DNA of 64,000 nucleotides, from NCBI GenBank assembly GCA_963666485.2, contig CAXXUO010000001.1, positions 1,120,001 to 1,184,000 of the forward strand, given 5' to 3'. A program made the position numbers and the translations under genes. Below the pieces are notes generated by a model that searched no databases, was not told the DNA's origin, and saw only the letters and a program-made list of their open reading frames with translations. Source of the DNA: Syntrophorhabdaceae bacterium. GTDB lineage: Bacteria; Desulfobacterota; Syntrophorhabdia; Syntrophorhabdales; Syntrophorhabdaceae. This document shows, piece by piece, positions 29,712 through 39,785 of this stretch. Positions within the stretch are counted from its first letter, which is position 1. Every line of letters starts with the position of its first letter.

Positions 29712-30533
29712 GTGACGGCAGGTCTCAATAAGGTGACCAGGGTAGCACATCTCGATATAGCTTACGGAAGATACAGGAATACGGTCCCGGAAGATTTTGA
29801 CCGGGACCCGGTGTCGTTCGTTCACCGTTTCAGCAATAACGGCGACCGGGAAATAGCCGGTTTTATAGCGGCCCAGTTCGCGTACGGCAAGATCGGGCTC
29901 TTTATGGGTTTTCTCGAGCGGTTATTCGCTGCGATGGACAATGACCCGGCCGGATTTGTGAGGAACGGCCGGTGGGACGCACTCGCCGGCCTGTATTACC
30001 GGTTCCAGAAGGCCGATGACCTCACCATGCTCTTTGAGGTGCTCAAAAGGATCCTCGATGAACACGGCACGCTCGGAGCCATGTTCCGTACGCTGTATGA
30101 CGGCGATACGCAGAAGGCCATATGGCGCATCCGCAAGATGTATGTGCCCGATGATCGAAAGCTGCTGTTCTTTTTCCCGCGTACCGGTTCGGCCGGCGCC
30201 CAGAAGAGATGGAACATGTTCCTCCGGTGGATGGTGCGCAAGGATGACATCGACATCGGTATCTGGGATTTTATCGACCCCGCCGATCTCGTCGTCCCGC
30301 TCGATACCCACATTTACAAGATCGGGAAGTGCTTGGGCTGGATAACCGGGAACGCGCCTTCGTTCCGGGCGGCACGCGAGGTCACGAAGGCCCTTAAAAA
30401 ATTCAGCCCGTCCGACCCGCTCAAGTATGATTTTTTCCTCTGCCACGGGGTCGGCATCTCGGCAGGGTGCACGGGCAGGAAAACAAAAAATTGCAAGGAG
30501 AGATGCGCCGTTTATGATATTCAGGATGATTAG
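29712..30533 (+). CDS. TIGR02757/DUF2400-like protein
   Basis: DPVSFVHRF, FAYG, KRWNMFLRWMVR, VPLDTH, DPLKYDF. Confidence 0.8.
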   Translation: MTAGLNKVTRVAHLDIAYGRYRNTVPEDFDRDPVSFVHRFSNNGDREIAGFIAAQFAYGKIGLFMGFLERLFAAMDNDPAGFVRNGRWDALAGLYYRFQKADDLTMLFEVLKRILDEHGTLGAMFRTLYDGDTQKAIWRIRKMYVPDDRKLLFFFPRTGSAGAQKRWNMFLRWMVRKDDIDIGIWDFIDPADLVVPLDTHIYKIGKCLGWITGNAPSFRAAREVTKALKKFSPSDPLKYDFFLCHGVGISAGCTGRKTKNCKERCAVYDIQDD

Positions 30534-31779
30534 CCTCGGGTGCCCGAAAAATCTCGTTGAGTCGGAGTACATCTGCGAGAGGCTGTGCGCGGCGGGCCAT
30601 GTTCAGGGTGACGACGGGGACACCGTTGTTGTCAACACGTGTGCATTTATTGCAGAGGCCGCCCGGGAATCGATCGAGACGATCCTCGAGGCCGCGAAAG
30701 ACAGCGGGAAAAAGATCATCGTCACGGGGTGCCTTGTCGAGAGGTATCGCGGGGACCTCACCGCGCTCCTGCCCGAGGTCCGCTCATTTATCGGCAGGGC
30801 ATGCTATGCAGACATTGCGGCACTTGTCGACCGTCCCGGTTTCCATTATCGCGATACCGGTTTTTCCGAAACGTTCCCCCGGCGCGTGCTGACGCCGCCC
30901 CCGAGCAGTTATCTGAAGATACAGGAAGGCTGCAACAACAGGTGCAATTACTGCACGATACCGTCGATCAGGGGAGGCCTGACGAGCAGGCCGTCCGGTG
31001 ACATCGCGTCCGAGTTCCGCTGGCTTCTTGACAACGGGTATCGCGAAATAAATGTGATAGGCCAGGATATCACGTCCTACGGGGCCGGCAGTCCGCGCGG
31101 CGAGAGCCTGGCGGGCCTCATCCGCCTGATACTCGAAGAGCCGCGTGATTTTTACCTGAGGCTTCTTTACATGCACCCGAAGGGCATTACAAAAGACCTC
31201 ATCGATATCATGCGCAGCGATCCCCGGATAATCCCGTACCTTGACGTGCCCATCCAGCACAGCGAGGACAGGATCCTGACGCTCATGGGGCGGGGGCACA
31301 CAAAGGCCTACCTCGAGGACATCCTGGAGATGATGCGCGAGCGCCTGCCCAAGGCAGTCTTGAGGACATCGATCATCGTGGGCTTCCCTTCCGAAACGGA
31401 TGCAGAGTTCGAGGCGCTTCTCGCCTTCCTGAAAGGCCACCCTTTCGATATGCTCGGCGCGTTCCGGTATGCACGGGAAGAAGGTACGCCCGCGTATAAG
31501 TTTAAAGGACAGGTGCCGAAGAGGGTCAAGGAAGAGAGGTACGCACGGCTCATGGAGGCGCAGAAAGATATCTCGCGCACGAGGCTTTCCCGGCTCAAAG
31601 GAACGATCGTCAAGGTCATCGTCGAGAATGCCGCCGAGGACGTCAAGACGGGCAGGATCCTTCTCCAGGCGCCGGACATCGACGGCATGGCATTCATAAG
31701 CGGGGATTGCCGCACGGGCGACATATGTGACGCGAAGGTCCTGAAAACACTTGATTATGATGTCGTAGTGGAAGTATAG
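30514..31779 (+). CDS. rimO: Ribosomal protein S12 methylthiotransferase
   Basis: SLGCPKNLV, VNTCAFI, VTGCL, EGCNNRCNYCTIP, C-terminal APDIDG TRAM region. Confidence 0.9.
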   Translation: MIFRMISLGCPKNLVESEYICERLCAAGHVQGDDGDTVVVNTCAFIAEAARESIETILEAAKDSGKKIIVTGCLVERYRGDLTALLPEVRSFIGRACYADIAALVDRPGFHYRDTGFSETFPRRVLTPPPSSYLKIQEGCNNRCNYCTIPSIRGGLTSRPSGDIASEFRWLLDNGYREINVIGQDITSYGAGSPRGESLAGLIRLILEEPRDFYLRLLYMHPKGITKDLIDIMRSDPRIIPYLDVPIQHSEDRILTLMGRGHTKAYLEDILEMMRERLPKAVLRTSIIVGFPSETDAEFEALLAFLKGHPFDMLGAFRYAREEGTPAYKFKGQVPKRVKEERYARLMEAQKDISRTRLSRLKGTIVKVIVENAAEDVKTGRILLQAPDIDGMAFISGDCRTGDICDAKVLKTLDYDVVVEV

Positions 31780-31819
31780 AAATATATCGTTAATATACCG
31801 CCAGAACATTGAGGAAAAA

Positions 31820-33283
31820 ATGGAACCCATAAATGAACTGTATGCCGTGCGCAAGGATAAAGAGAAATACCTGAAGGAGCAGGGTATCGAGACGTACCCG
31901 CAGGACCGCGGTCCGTATATCACGACCGCGGATGTCGAGGCACGGTTCGGCGCCCTCGAAGCCGGCGAGCTCGAGAAGACGGATGAACGGGTCGCAATAG
32001 CCGGGCGCATCATGGCATTCAGGGATTTCGGCAAGAGCGCCTTCATCCACGTGCAGGACCGCAAGGGGAAGATCCAGGCGTATGTCCGGAAGGATATCCT
32101 GAAAAGCCCCGGGTACGACATTTTCAAGAAGTTCGATATATGCGATATCGTGGGCCTCGAGGGAAAGGTCTTCAAAACGAAGACGGGCGAACTCACCGTG
32201 CTTGCCGATACGATGAAGCTCCTGACGAAATCCCTGCGGCCGCTCCCCGAGAAATGGCACGGCCTCAAGGACGTCGAGGAGCGGTACCGCAAGCGGTACC
32301 TCGACCTTATCGTGAACGACAGGGTGCGCGACGTGTTCACGACGCGCGCGAGGATCATCGACTATATCCGGCGCTATTTCGTCGAACGGGACTTCATCGA
32401 GGTCGAGACCCCGATGATGCAGGTCATACCCGGCGGGGCGACGGCCAAGCCGTTTGTCACGCATCACAATGCCATGGGCATGGACCTGTACCTCAGGATA
32501 GCCCCCGAGCTTTACCTCAAGCGGCTCGTCGTGGGAGGATTTGAACGGGTCTTCGAGATAAACCGAAATTTCCGCAACGAAGGCATATCGGTCCGCCACA
32601 ACCCCGAATTCACGATGCTCGAGTATTACCAGGCGTACGCGACGTACGAGGACCTGATGGCGCTGACCGAGGACATGGTATCGTCTCTCGTGAAGGAGCT
32701 TTTCGGGACATACGTTGTAACATACGGCGGAGAGGAGATAGATTTCACGCCGCCGTGGAGAAAGATCACGATGGCCGAAGCGATGGCCGAATTCGGGAAC
32801 TTCGATCTAAGCGCCTTGAACGATCCCGAGCGGCTGAAAGATTATGCGAAGGACCTCGAGATAGAGGGCGCGGACAAGGAATCGCGCGGCAAGCTCATCA
32901 CGAAGATATTCGAGGAGCTCTGTGAGAAGAAGCTCATACAGCCTACATTTATCACTCAGTACCCGATCGAGGTGTCGCCCCTCGCGAAGAGGAACCCGGA
33001 GAACCCGGAGATAACCGAACGGTTCGAGCTGTATATTTCCGGTATGGAGATCGCGAACGGCTTCAACGAGCTCAACGACCCGGAGGACCAGCTGGGGCGT
33101 TTCGAGCTGCAGATAAAGGAAAAAGAGGAGGGTGCGGCCCTCGACGAAGACTACATCACCGCACTGGAATACGGCCTGCCGCCGACGGCCGGGCAGGGCA
33201 TAGGGATCGACCGGCTGACGATGCTCCTCACGGACAGCGCATCGATACGGGAGGTCATTCTCTTCCCGCTGCTGCGTCCCTGA
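31820..33283 (+). CDS. lysS: Lysine--tRNA ligase (class II)
   Basis: YRKRYLDL, EVETP, LRIAPELYLKRL, FRNEG, HNPEFT, YGLPPTAG, GIDRL. Confidence 0.97.
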   Translation: MEPINELYAVRKDKEKYLKEQGIETYPQDRGPYITTADVEARFGALEAGELEKTDERVAIAGRIMAFRDFGKSAFIHVQDRKGKIQAYVRKDILKSPGYDIFKKFDICDIVGLEGKVFKTKTGELTVLADTMKLLTKSLRPLPEKWHGLKDVEERYRKRYLDLIVNDRVRDVFTTRARIIDYIRRYFVERDFIEVETPMMQVIPGGATAKPFVTHHNAMGMDLYLRIAPELYLKRLVVGGFERVFEINRNFRNEGISVRHNPEFTMLEYYQAYATYEDLMALTEDMVSSLVKELFGTYVVTYGGEEIDFTPPWRKITMAEAMAEFGNFDLSALNDPERLKDYAKDLEIEGADKESRGKLITKIFEELCEKKLIQPTFITQYPIEVSPLAKRNPENPEITERFELYISGMEIANGFNELNDPEDQLGRFELQIKEKEEGAALDEDYITALEYGLPPTAGQGIGIDRLTMLLTDSASIREVILFPLLRP

Positions 33284-33369
33284 CCGGCTATAACGTGCAT
33301 TGCAGAGCTGTCTCACGAACGGCTTTATTGCGCGACCACGATCGTATATGGTAGGACATTAATCTCCTT

Positions 33370-34569
33370 ATGGATTACGAGACTCTTATAGGGCTGCGCT
33401 ATTTACGGTCGAAAAGAAAAGAGGCCTTCATCTCCTTTACGACCTGGATATCCGTCGTCGGCATCGCGATCGGCGTCATGGCCATTATTGTCGTCATCGC
33501 GGTCATGACAGGCTTTCAGGATGAGATCAGGGCGCGCATCCTCGGTATAAACCCCCACATCCTGGTCATGGACATGGGTGGGGAGATCCGTAACCCCGGC
33601 GAAATAGTATCGAAGATAAAGCAGATACCCGGCGTCTCCCGGGCATTTCCCTTCACCGCGTTCCAGGCAATGGTGCAGAACGGGAAACAATTGTCCGGTG
33701 TCGCAATAAAAGGCATGAACCCCCAGGATGCGCAGTACCTGGCGAAACTGGTAAAAGAGGGTTCGGTCAACTCGCTCAACCAGAAAGGCAGTGTCCTGAT
33801 CGGGAAAGAGCTTGCGAAGCATCTCGGGCTTTTTCTCGGCGACAGCTTCACGATCATGGTGCCTTTCGGCGGGTTCTCCCCGATGGGCTCCATGCCCGAG
33901 ACCGTGCGGGCACGTGTGGGCGGCATCTTTGAGACGGGCATGTACGAGATCGACAATACCCTCGTCGTCATGCCGCTGCCCGATATCGAGGCCGCAATGG
34001 GCATCGGGGCGACGGGCATAGAGGTCAAGCTCGTCGACGAGTACAAGGCCGGTGACATGAAATGGACGATCCTCAAGGCCCTCGGCCGCGATTATTTTGC
34101 CAAGACATGGATGGAAATGAACCGCAACCTTTTCTCCGCGCTAAAGCTCGAGAAGCTCGCGATGTTCATCATCCTCGCGCTCATCATCCTCGTCGCGAGC
34201 TTCAACATAATCAGCTCGCTCATCATGACGGTCATGGAAAAGAAAAAGGACATCGCCATACTCAAGTCGATCGGGGCAAAGAAGCGGAGCATCATGAAGA
34301 TCTTCATGATGGAAGGGATAACAATAGGCGTGGTCGGCGCTCTTTTCGGGTCGCTCACCGGCTACTTCCTGTGCTGGATAATCAAGAGCACCGGGCTTAT
34401 AAAACTGCCCGAGGACGTCTATTACATAACGACCCTCCCGGCAAAGATCAGTATCATCGACGTCGCTCTGATCGCCCTGGTGACGATGGTCATATGCGTC
34501 CTCGCGACGATATACCCGTCATACAAGGCCGCGAAAATAGACCCCGTGGAGACCCTGCGCTATGAGTGA
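33370..34569 (+). CDS. Lipoprotein-releasing ABC transporter permease (LolC/E family)
   Basis: [45 protein letters not shown]; followed by lolD. Confidence 0.9.
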   Translation: MDYETLIGLRYLRSKRKEAFISFTTWISVVGIAIGVMAIIVVIAVMTGFQDEIRARILGINPHILVMDMGGEIRNPGEIVSKIKQIPGVSRAFPFTAFQAMVQNGKQLSGVAIKGMNPQDAQYLAKLVKEGSVNSLNQKGSVLIGKELAKHLGLFLGDSFTIMVPFGGFSPMGSMPETVRARVGGIFETGMYEIDNTLVVMPLPDIEAAMGIGATGIEVKLVDEYKAGDMKWTILKALGRDYFAKTWMEMNRNLFSALKLEKLAMFIILALIILVASFNIISSLIMTVMEKKKDIAILKSIGAKKRSIMKIFMMEGITIGVVGALFGSLTGYFLCWIIKSTGLIKLPEDVYYITTLPAKISIIDVALIALVTMVICVLATIYPSYKAAKIDPVETLRYE

Positions 34570-35251
34570 TCATATCATCGAGGCCTCAGGGATCAAGAAA
34601 TCATTCCAGAAGGACGACGTCGTCATCGAGGTCCTCAAGGGTGTGAACCTTACCGCCGACGCGGGCAGCTTCATAACGATAATGGGCCCGTCCGGCGCCG
34701 GCAAGAGCACGTTCCTTCACATCCTCGGGACCCTTGACCGCCCCACGGAAGGCACAGTCCTTTTCCAGGGTGAGGACATAATGAAATTCAGCGAGGATGA
34801 GCAGAGCCGGTTCCGCAACGAACGGATAGGCTTCATCTTCCAGTTCTACCACCTTCTCCAGGATTTCAACGTCATTGAGAACATCATGATGCCGCTTTTG
34901 ATCCGCAAGGTCAGGCCCGACGAGGCGCGCAAAAAGGCCCAGGGTTTTCTCGAGACGGTCGAACTTACCCACCGCGCCAGTCACAAGCCGGGTGAGTTAT
35001 CCGGCGGTGAGCAGCAAAGGGTCGCCATCGCCCGCGCCCTCATCAACGAGCCGAGCGTCATACTCGCCGACGAGCCGACAGGCAACCTCGACCGCAAGAC
35101 AGGCCGGGGAGTTCTCGACCAGATCCTGTCCATTCAGAAAAAACTCTCCGCAACACTGATACTCGTGACCCACGACCCGGAAATAGGGTCTGTAGGTGAC
35201 AGGAAGCTGACGATGGTGGATGGGGAATTGTTTGATACGGCTAACGGCTAA
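34562..35251 (+). CDS. lolD: Lipoprotein-releasing ABC transporter ATP-binding protein
   Basis: [43 protein letters not shown]. Confidence 0.9.
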   Translation: MSDHIIEASGIKKSFQKDDVVIEVLKGVNLTADAGSFITIMGPSGAGKSTFLHILGTLDRPTEGTVLFQGEDIMKFSEDEQSRFRNERIGFIFQFYHLLQDFNVIENIMMPLLIRKVRPDEARKKAQGFLETVELTHRASHKPGELSGGEQQRVAIARALINEPSVILADEPTGNLDRKTGRGVLDQILSIQKKLSATLILVTHDPEIGSVGDRKLTMVDGELFDTANG

Positions 35252-35310
35252 CGGCTAACGGCTAACGGCCTCTGTCACCCTGTCAAAATTTTTTATAGTC
35301 CGCGTGATGT

Positions 35311-35435
35311 CGTCATTCCGGCGGCTTTTGCGCCGGAATCCAGTGTCTTCCTCTTTTTTCCTGGAAAATGTCTCTGCCTAAAACTTGAAACTTTCGTTGT
35401 AGAGACTCTGGATCCCGGCCTTCGCCGGGATGACG
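35311..35435. repeat. Inverted doublet of CGTC-type REP-like elements
   Basis: CGTCATTCCGGCG-N7-CGCCGGAATCCAG (35311-35343) and CTGGATCCCGGC-CTTC-GCCGGGATGACG (35408-35435), between convergent lolD and ugd. Confidence 0.7.
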
Positions 35436-35473
35436 ATGGAAGGGAAACGCCTTACGCCTTACGCTCTCACGCC

Positions 35474-36859
35474 TTACGTAAAATGCACCAGCGGTTTTTT
35501 TCCTATCGGGTACACGTTGAAGCCGATGTCGTGCAGGTTCTTATGATCGAGTATGTTCCTGCCGTCAAATATGAATGCCGGTTTTGCCATTGAATCGTAG
35601 ATGCGCTGGTAGTCGAGGGCGGCGTATATCTTCCATTCCGTCATGACCGCTATCGCGTCGCATCCGGCGGCCGCCCTGTAGGGGTCTGTCTCGTAGGTTA
35701 TCCCGTCTACGTCGGCAAGGTCGGTTTTCGCGTTGCCGATGGCCTGGGGGTCCGTTATGACGATCTCGGCCATCTCCTCGCGGAGCCGTCTCGCGATGGT
35801 GTATGCCGGCGTTTCGCGCGTGTCGCCGGTATCCGCTTTGAATGCGAAACCGAAGAGACATATCCTCTTGCCGGCGATCGTGTTGAACATGGCGTTCAGG
35901 ATGCCGAGTATGAACCGTTCTTTCTGGTACTCGTTGATGTCGACGACGCTTTCCCAGTAGTCGGCGACGTCCTCGAGGCCGTACGAGCGGCATATATAGG
36001 CGAGGTTCAGGATGTCTTTCTTGAAGCAGGAGCCGCCGAAGCCAACGCTGGCATTTAAGAATTTGCTGCCCAGCCTGCTGTCGAGTCCGATCGCCCGGGA
36101 CACTTCCCCTACGTCGGCTTCCGTTTTTTCACACAGGGCCGATATCGCGTTTATCGAAGAGATCCTCTGCGCGAGGAACGCGTTTGCGACGAGCTTCGAC
36201 AATTCGCTGCTCCAGATGTTGCTTTCGATTATCTTTTCACGCGGCACCCAGTTGAGATAAATATCGACAATGGCCTTGCGCGCCTCGATCCCGTTCGGGG
36301 TTTCCCGGGAGCCTATCAGGACGCGGTCGGGGAATTCGAGGTCGCGTATCGCGGTGCCTTCCGCGAGAAATTCCGGGTTCGAGATGACGTCGAACCGGAT
36401 GTCGCCGTCCTTGGATGTCAGGATCCGTTCCATAGCCAGGGCTGTCTTCACGGGTATCGTGCATTTTTCGACGACGATCTTTGGCGACTCGGACGCCTCG
36501 CGTATCTGCCGCGCCGTCTTTTCCCAGTACTGAAGATCAGCGGCTTTGCCCGCGCCCGCCCCGAACGTCTTGGTAGGGGTGTTGACGCCGACGAAGATGA
36601 TCCTCGATTCCCTGATCCCCTTTTCGATATCGGTCTCGAAGAAAAGGTTCTTTCCCCGTGTCTCCTTTATGATCTCGTCCAGCCCCGGTTCATACACGGG
36701 CAGATCGTCCGAGTTCCAGCGGGCGATCTTTTCATGGTTTATATCGACCACGGTAACTTTGTATTGCGGGCACTTATATGCGATCATCGCCATTGTCGGC
36801 CCGCCGACGTAACCCGCACCTATACAGAGAATATTTTTACGGTCCAAAGAACCCTCCAC
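35474..36859 (-). CDS. ugd: UDP-glucose 6-dehydrogenase
   Basis: IGAGYVGG, VNTPT, SNPEFLAEG, GFGGSCFKKD, AFKADTGDTRE, DGRN. Alternative start TTG 36847. Confidence 0.92.
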   Translation of the reverse strand: MEGSLDRKNILCIGAGYVGGPTMAMIAYKCPQYKVTVVDINHEKIARWNSDDLPVYEPGLDEIIKETRGKNLFFETDIEKGIRESRIIFVGVNTPTKTFGAGAGKAADLQYWEKTARQIREASESPKIVVEKCTIPVKTALAMERILTSKDGDIRFDVISNPEFLAEGTAIRDLEFPDRVLIGSRETPNGIEARKAIVDIYLNWVPREKIIESNIWSSELSKLVANAFLAQRISSINAISALCEKTEADVGEVSRAIGLDSRLGSKFLNASVGFGGSCFKKDILNLAYICRSYGLEDVADYWESVVDINEYQKERFILGILNAMFNTIAGKRICLFGFAFKADTGDTRETPAYTIARRLREEMAEIVITDPQAIGNAKTDLADVDGITYETDPYRAAAGCDAIAVMTEWKIYAALDYQRIYDSMAKPAFIFDGRNILDHKNLHDIGFNVYPIGKKPLVHFT

Positions 36860-37008
36860 CGTTAATTTTCACTATTCTAGCATAACGCGGGCCGGCAGGA
36901 AAGATGCCGGCGCCGGAAATGTACCCGCCGACACCGCCGCGGCCCCGGCATTTACTGTGTAAAAAGGTCATACCATAATGTGAACGGTAATGTATAATAG
37001 GAAAACAC

Positions 37009-38871
37009 GTGGGCAAACACAGCAGGCACACTCTTATAACCCTTTGTATCGCCGCAGTCGCCCTGGCGGTGTGCATCGGGGCCTATCCCGCAGGACTGCA
37101 GGGCCCCCTTGAACGCAAGGCGTACGATGCACGGGTGCGTCTTGTGGAACGCATGGGGCTTGGACATGACGGTGTGAGCGGGAAGACGGTGATCGTCGGC
37201 ATCGATGAACGGTCGATAATCCGGGAAAAGCCGCTTCTTTTCATCTATGACGATATAGGCCGCTTCTTGAAGCGGATGGACGAGTATCAGGCCGGCATCG
37301 TCGGGCTCGACGTGATCCTCGTCCACAAGCAGAGCGAAAAACTCAAAAGCGCTGCGCAGGTATTCCTCGAAGGCGGGAAAGGGCGCGCCGACGACGCGCT
37401 CGGCCGGGCCATGGAGGATATCGGGGAGAGGCTCGACCGGTCCGTCCTTGAGCCCGTCATCAATGTCAGCGAGCGCGTGAAGATCGTGCAGGTCGTTCAT
37501 GGGGACCTCGTTCCTTTCTTTTACGGGGTAAGCCCTCTCATAAAGGATCTGACCATGGCCGAAGCTTCGCTCACCGACGGCGCATTCGGCCCGAATGACG
37601 GGATTATCCGGAAGCAGGTCTTCGGCCAGGGGGAGCGGCCGTCATTCCCTTCAGCACTCTACCTTCTCGCAACAGGCAGACCGTATGCAGGAAGCGTTGT
37701 CTTCGTCAATTACCGTATGACGGCAAAGCTGCCCTTCTTTCACTTCGATGACGTGATGTCGGGAAAGGTCGATAAGAAGTTTTTTGCCGGGAAGACCGTC
37801 ATCCTCGGTTATATCAGCGGGTATGAAGATGTCCATGCAACCCCGCTCGGGCGGGATGTCGCCCCGGGGTACCGGGACGGCAGGAACGCGCCCGGCCAAA
37901 AGGGCGGCAAGATGGCGGGCCCCTTCATCCACGGCCTCATTCTCGAGACGATGCTGACCGGTACTTCGCTCAAGGAAGCCCCGCTTTCCGTGCACATCGT
38001 CATCCTTGTTCTCCTCGCGGCCGCCGCGTATGCTGCGATAACGTATGTGAAACCCCTCTATGCATCGGTGGGCCTGATCGCGATAATGGCCGTTTATTTC
38101 GCCGCCGATCTCGTTCTGTTCTCATACGGGCAATACGTGCATCTTTTCCCCCAGGTCGTTGCCCCGATCATGATGGCGATCATGGTCTATCCCTACCGGT
38201 ACTTTGCAGAAGAAAAAACACGAAGAAAAGTGGAAAAGGTCTTCGGGTACTATGTCGACAGGCGCATCCTCGACGGGCTCGTTGAGTCTGACAGCGCAGC
38301 GCTTCTCGCTGGCGAGGAGCGCAGGATATGCATCTTCTTCCTTGACATCCGCAACTTCACGCAGCTTTCCACCACGAGGAACGCGCAGGAGATGGTGCAA
38401 TTCCTCAATTTTTTCTTCGGCCGGTTGACGGGGATCATCCAGAGAAACGCCGGTTTCGTCAATAAATTTATCGGCGACGGACTGCTGGCGTTCTTTATGA
38501 CGGGACCGAACCCGGTGAGCGACGCTGTGGCTGCCGCCCGTGAAATAATCGCCGCGACGGAACAGCTCAACCGGGAGAAGGCATTCGGGAAATCTATCGG
38601 TGACTGGGAGGTCAGGGTCGGCATCGGCATACATTACGGTGACGTCATCCTCGGGAATGTCGGCTCGGAGCAGAAAATGGATTTCACGATCATCGGCGAA
38701 CATGTCAACATGGCATCGCGCATAGAAAGCCTCACGAAAGAGGCCGGGGCCGCGATCCTCGTGAGCGACGATGCGCGCATCGTCGCCGGGGACGGGATAT
38801 CCTGGATCGAAGCCGGGCAATTCACCGTCAAGGGGATCGACCATTCCATTTCCCTTTACACCGTGGAGTAA
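37009..38871 (+). CDS. CHASE2-domain class III adenylate cyclase
   Basis: N-terminal TM, CHASE2-like region (VIVGIDERS, GLDVIL, DGIIR, GKTVILG), three TMs, then FLDIRNFT, KFIGDG, GIGIHYG, VNMASRIE. Confidence 0.88.
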   Translation: MGKHSRHTLITLCIAAVALAVCIGAYPAGLQGPLERKAYDARVRLVERMGLGHDGVSGKTVIVGIDERSIIREKPLLFIYDDIGRFLKRMDEYQAGIVGLDVILVHKQSEKLKSAAQVFLEGGKGRADDALGRAMEDIGERLDRSVLEPVINVSERVKIVQVVHGDLVPFFYGVSPLIKDLTMAEASLTDGAFGPNDGIIRKQVFGQGERPSFPSALYLLATGRPYAGSVVFVNYRMTAKLPFFHFDDVMSGKVDKKFFAGKTVILGYISGYEDVHATPLGRDVAPGYRDGRNAPGQKGGKMAGPFIHGLILETMLTGTSLKEAPLSVHIVILVLLAAAAYAAITYVKPLYASVGLIAIMAVYFAADLVLFSYGQYVHLFPQVVAPIMMAIMVYPYRYFAEEKTRRKVEKVFGYYVDRRILDGLVESDSAALLAGEERRICIFFLDIRNFTQLSTTRNAQEMVQFLNFFFGRLTGIIQRNAGFVNKFIGDGLLAFFMTGPNPVSDAVAAAREIIAATEQLNREKAFGKSIGDWEVRVGIGIHYGDVILGNVGSEQKMDFTIIGEHVNMASRIESLTKEAGAAILVSDDARIVAGDGISWIEAGQFTVKGIDHSISLYTVE

Positions 38872-38925
38872 AAGTGGTGTGATGTAATGTACATATCGAC
38901 TTTACTATCTCAGGGGGAAAGTGAT

Positions 38926-39780
38926 ATGAGAAAACATTTGATCATCCTGCTATGCTCCGTCTTTGCCGGCATCTTTATGGCAGGCAGCCTCGAAGCCGCG
39001 GTCCAGACCGGCTATATATTCGATATCCAGGGCTCGGCCCAGCTCACGAGTGCGGACGGGAAGAAGATAGTCCTCAATAAAAGCCAGCACCTTCTTTATG
39101 CTGTAAAAGAGGGAGACCGGATAAAGGTCGAAAAAGGGAAGGTCGTCATCGCCTCGCTGAAAGACAGCAAGGGGTACGAGATCGGGAGCAATTCGGAGGC
39201 GGTGGCAAAGATCGGGTCTGTCGCGGCGGTGAAGGGGTCGGTCTCGGAATTGAAAGGCCTGCACGCACCGGCAAAGGCGGGCCCGGGGTCCATCGGCGGA
39301 TTTGTCGTGCGCGGCGCCAAGCCGTGCATCAAGGCACTTTCCCCGGTTAATACAAACATTATCACCACGACCCCGACCTTGAACTGGGATAACCGCTGCT
39401 CCGGGGATAAGCAGGTGATGGTCAAGATAATATCGGGGGACAGCGTTCTTTTCAGCCGGCAGACCCGTGAAGATTCCCTGGCGGTCCCGGCAAACATACT
39501 CACGTACAACCAGGAATACCGGTGGATAGTGGATTCGGGAAAGGTGAACAACATCTCGGGCGGTGTCTTTTCGATACCCGCTGCCGAGGAGGCACGCGAG
39601 CTTACCCGTCAGATAGCCCTGTATGAAGAAAGGAAGAATGACATCTCGTACTATCTTTCGTACGTCTTCTTTCTCATCGATAACAACCTGAACGACCTTG
39701 CGCGGGTCCAGATAAAAGCGCTGAAAACTGAATACCCCGACAACGAATACCTGAAAAAAATGGAAGAGAGCATCAAATAG
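38926..39780 (+). CDS. Secreted hypothetical protein, probable partner of the cyclase
   Basis: Signal peptide, beta-rich FecR-like N-half (DIQGSAQL, VKEGDRI), TPTLNW and YRWIV. Confidence 0.65.
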   Translation: MRKHLIILLCSVFAGIFMAGSLEAAVQTGYIFDIQGSAQLTSADGKKIVLNKSQHLLYAVKEGDRIKVEKGKVVIASLKDSKGYEIGSNSEAVAKIGSVAAVKGSVSELKGLHAPAKAGPGSIGGFVVRGAKPCIKALSPVNTNIITTTPTLNWDNRCSGDKQVMVKIISGDSVLFSRQTREDSLAVPANILTYNQEYRWIVDSGKVNNISGGVFSIPAAEEARELTRQIALYEERKNDISYYLSYVFFLIDNNLNDLARVQIKALKTEYPDNEYLKKMEESIK

Positions 39781-39785
39781 TCCTG

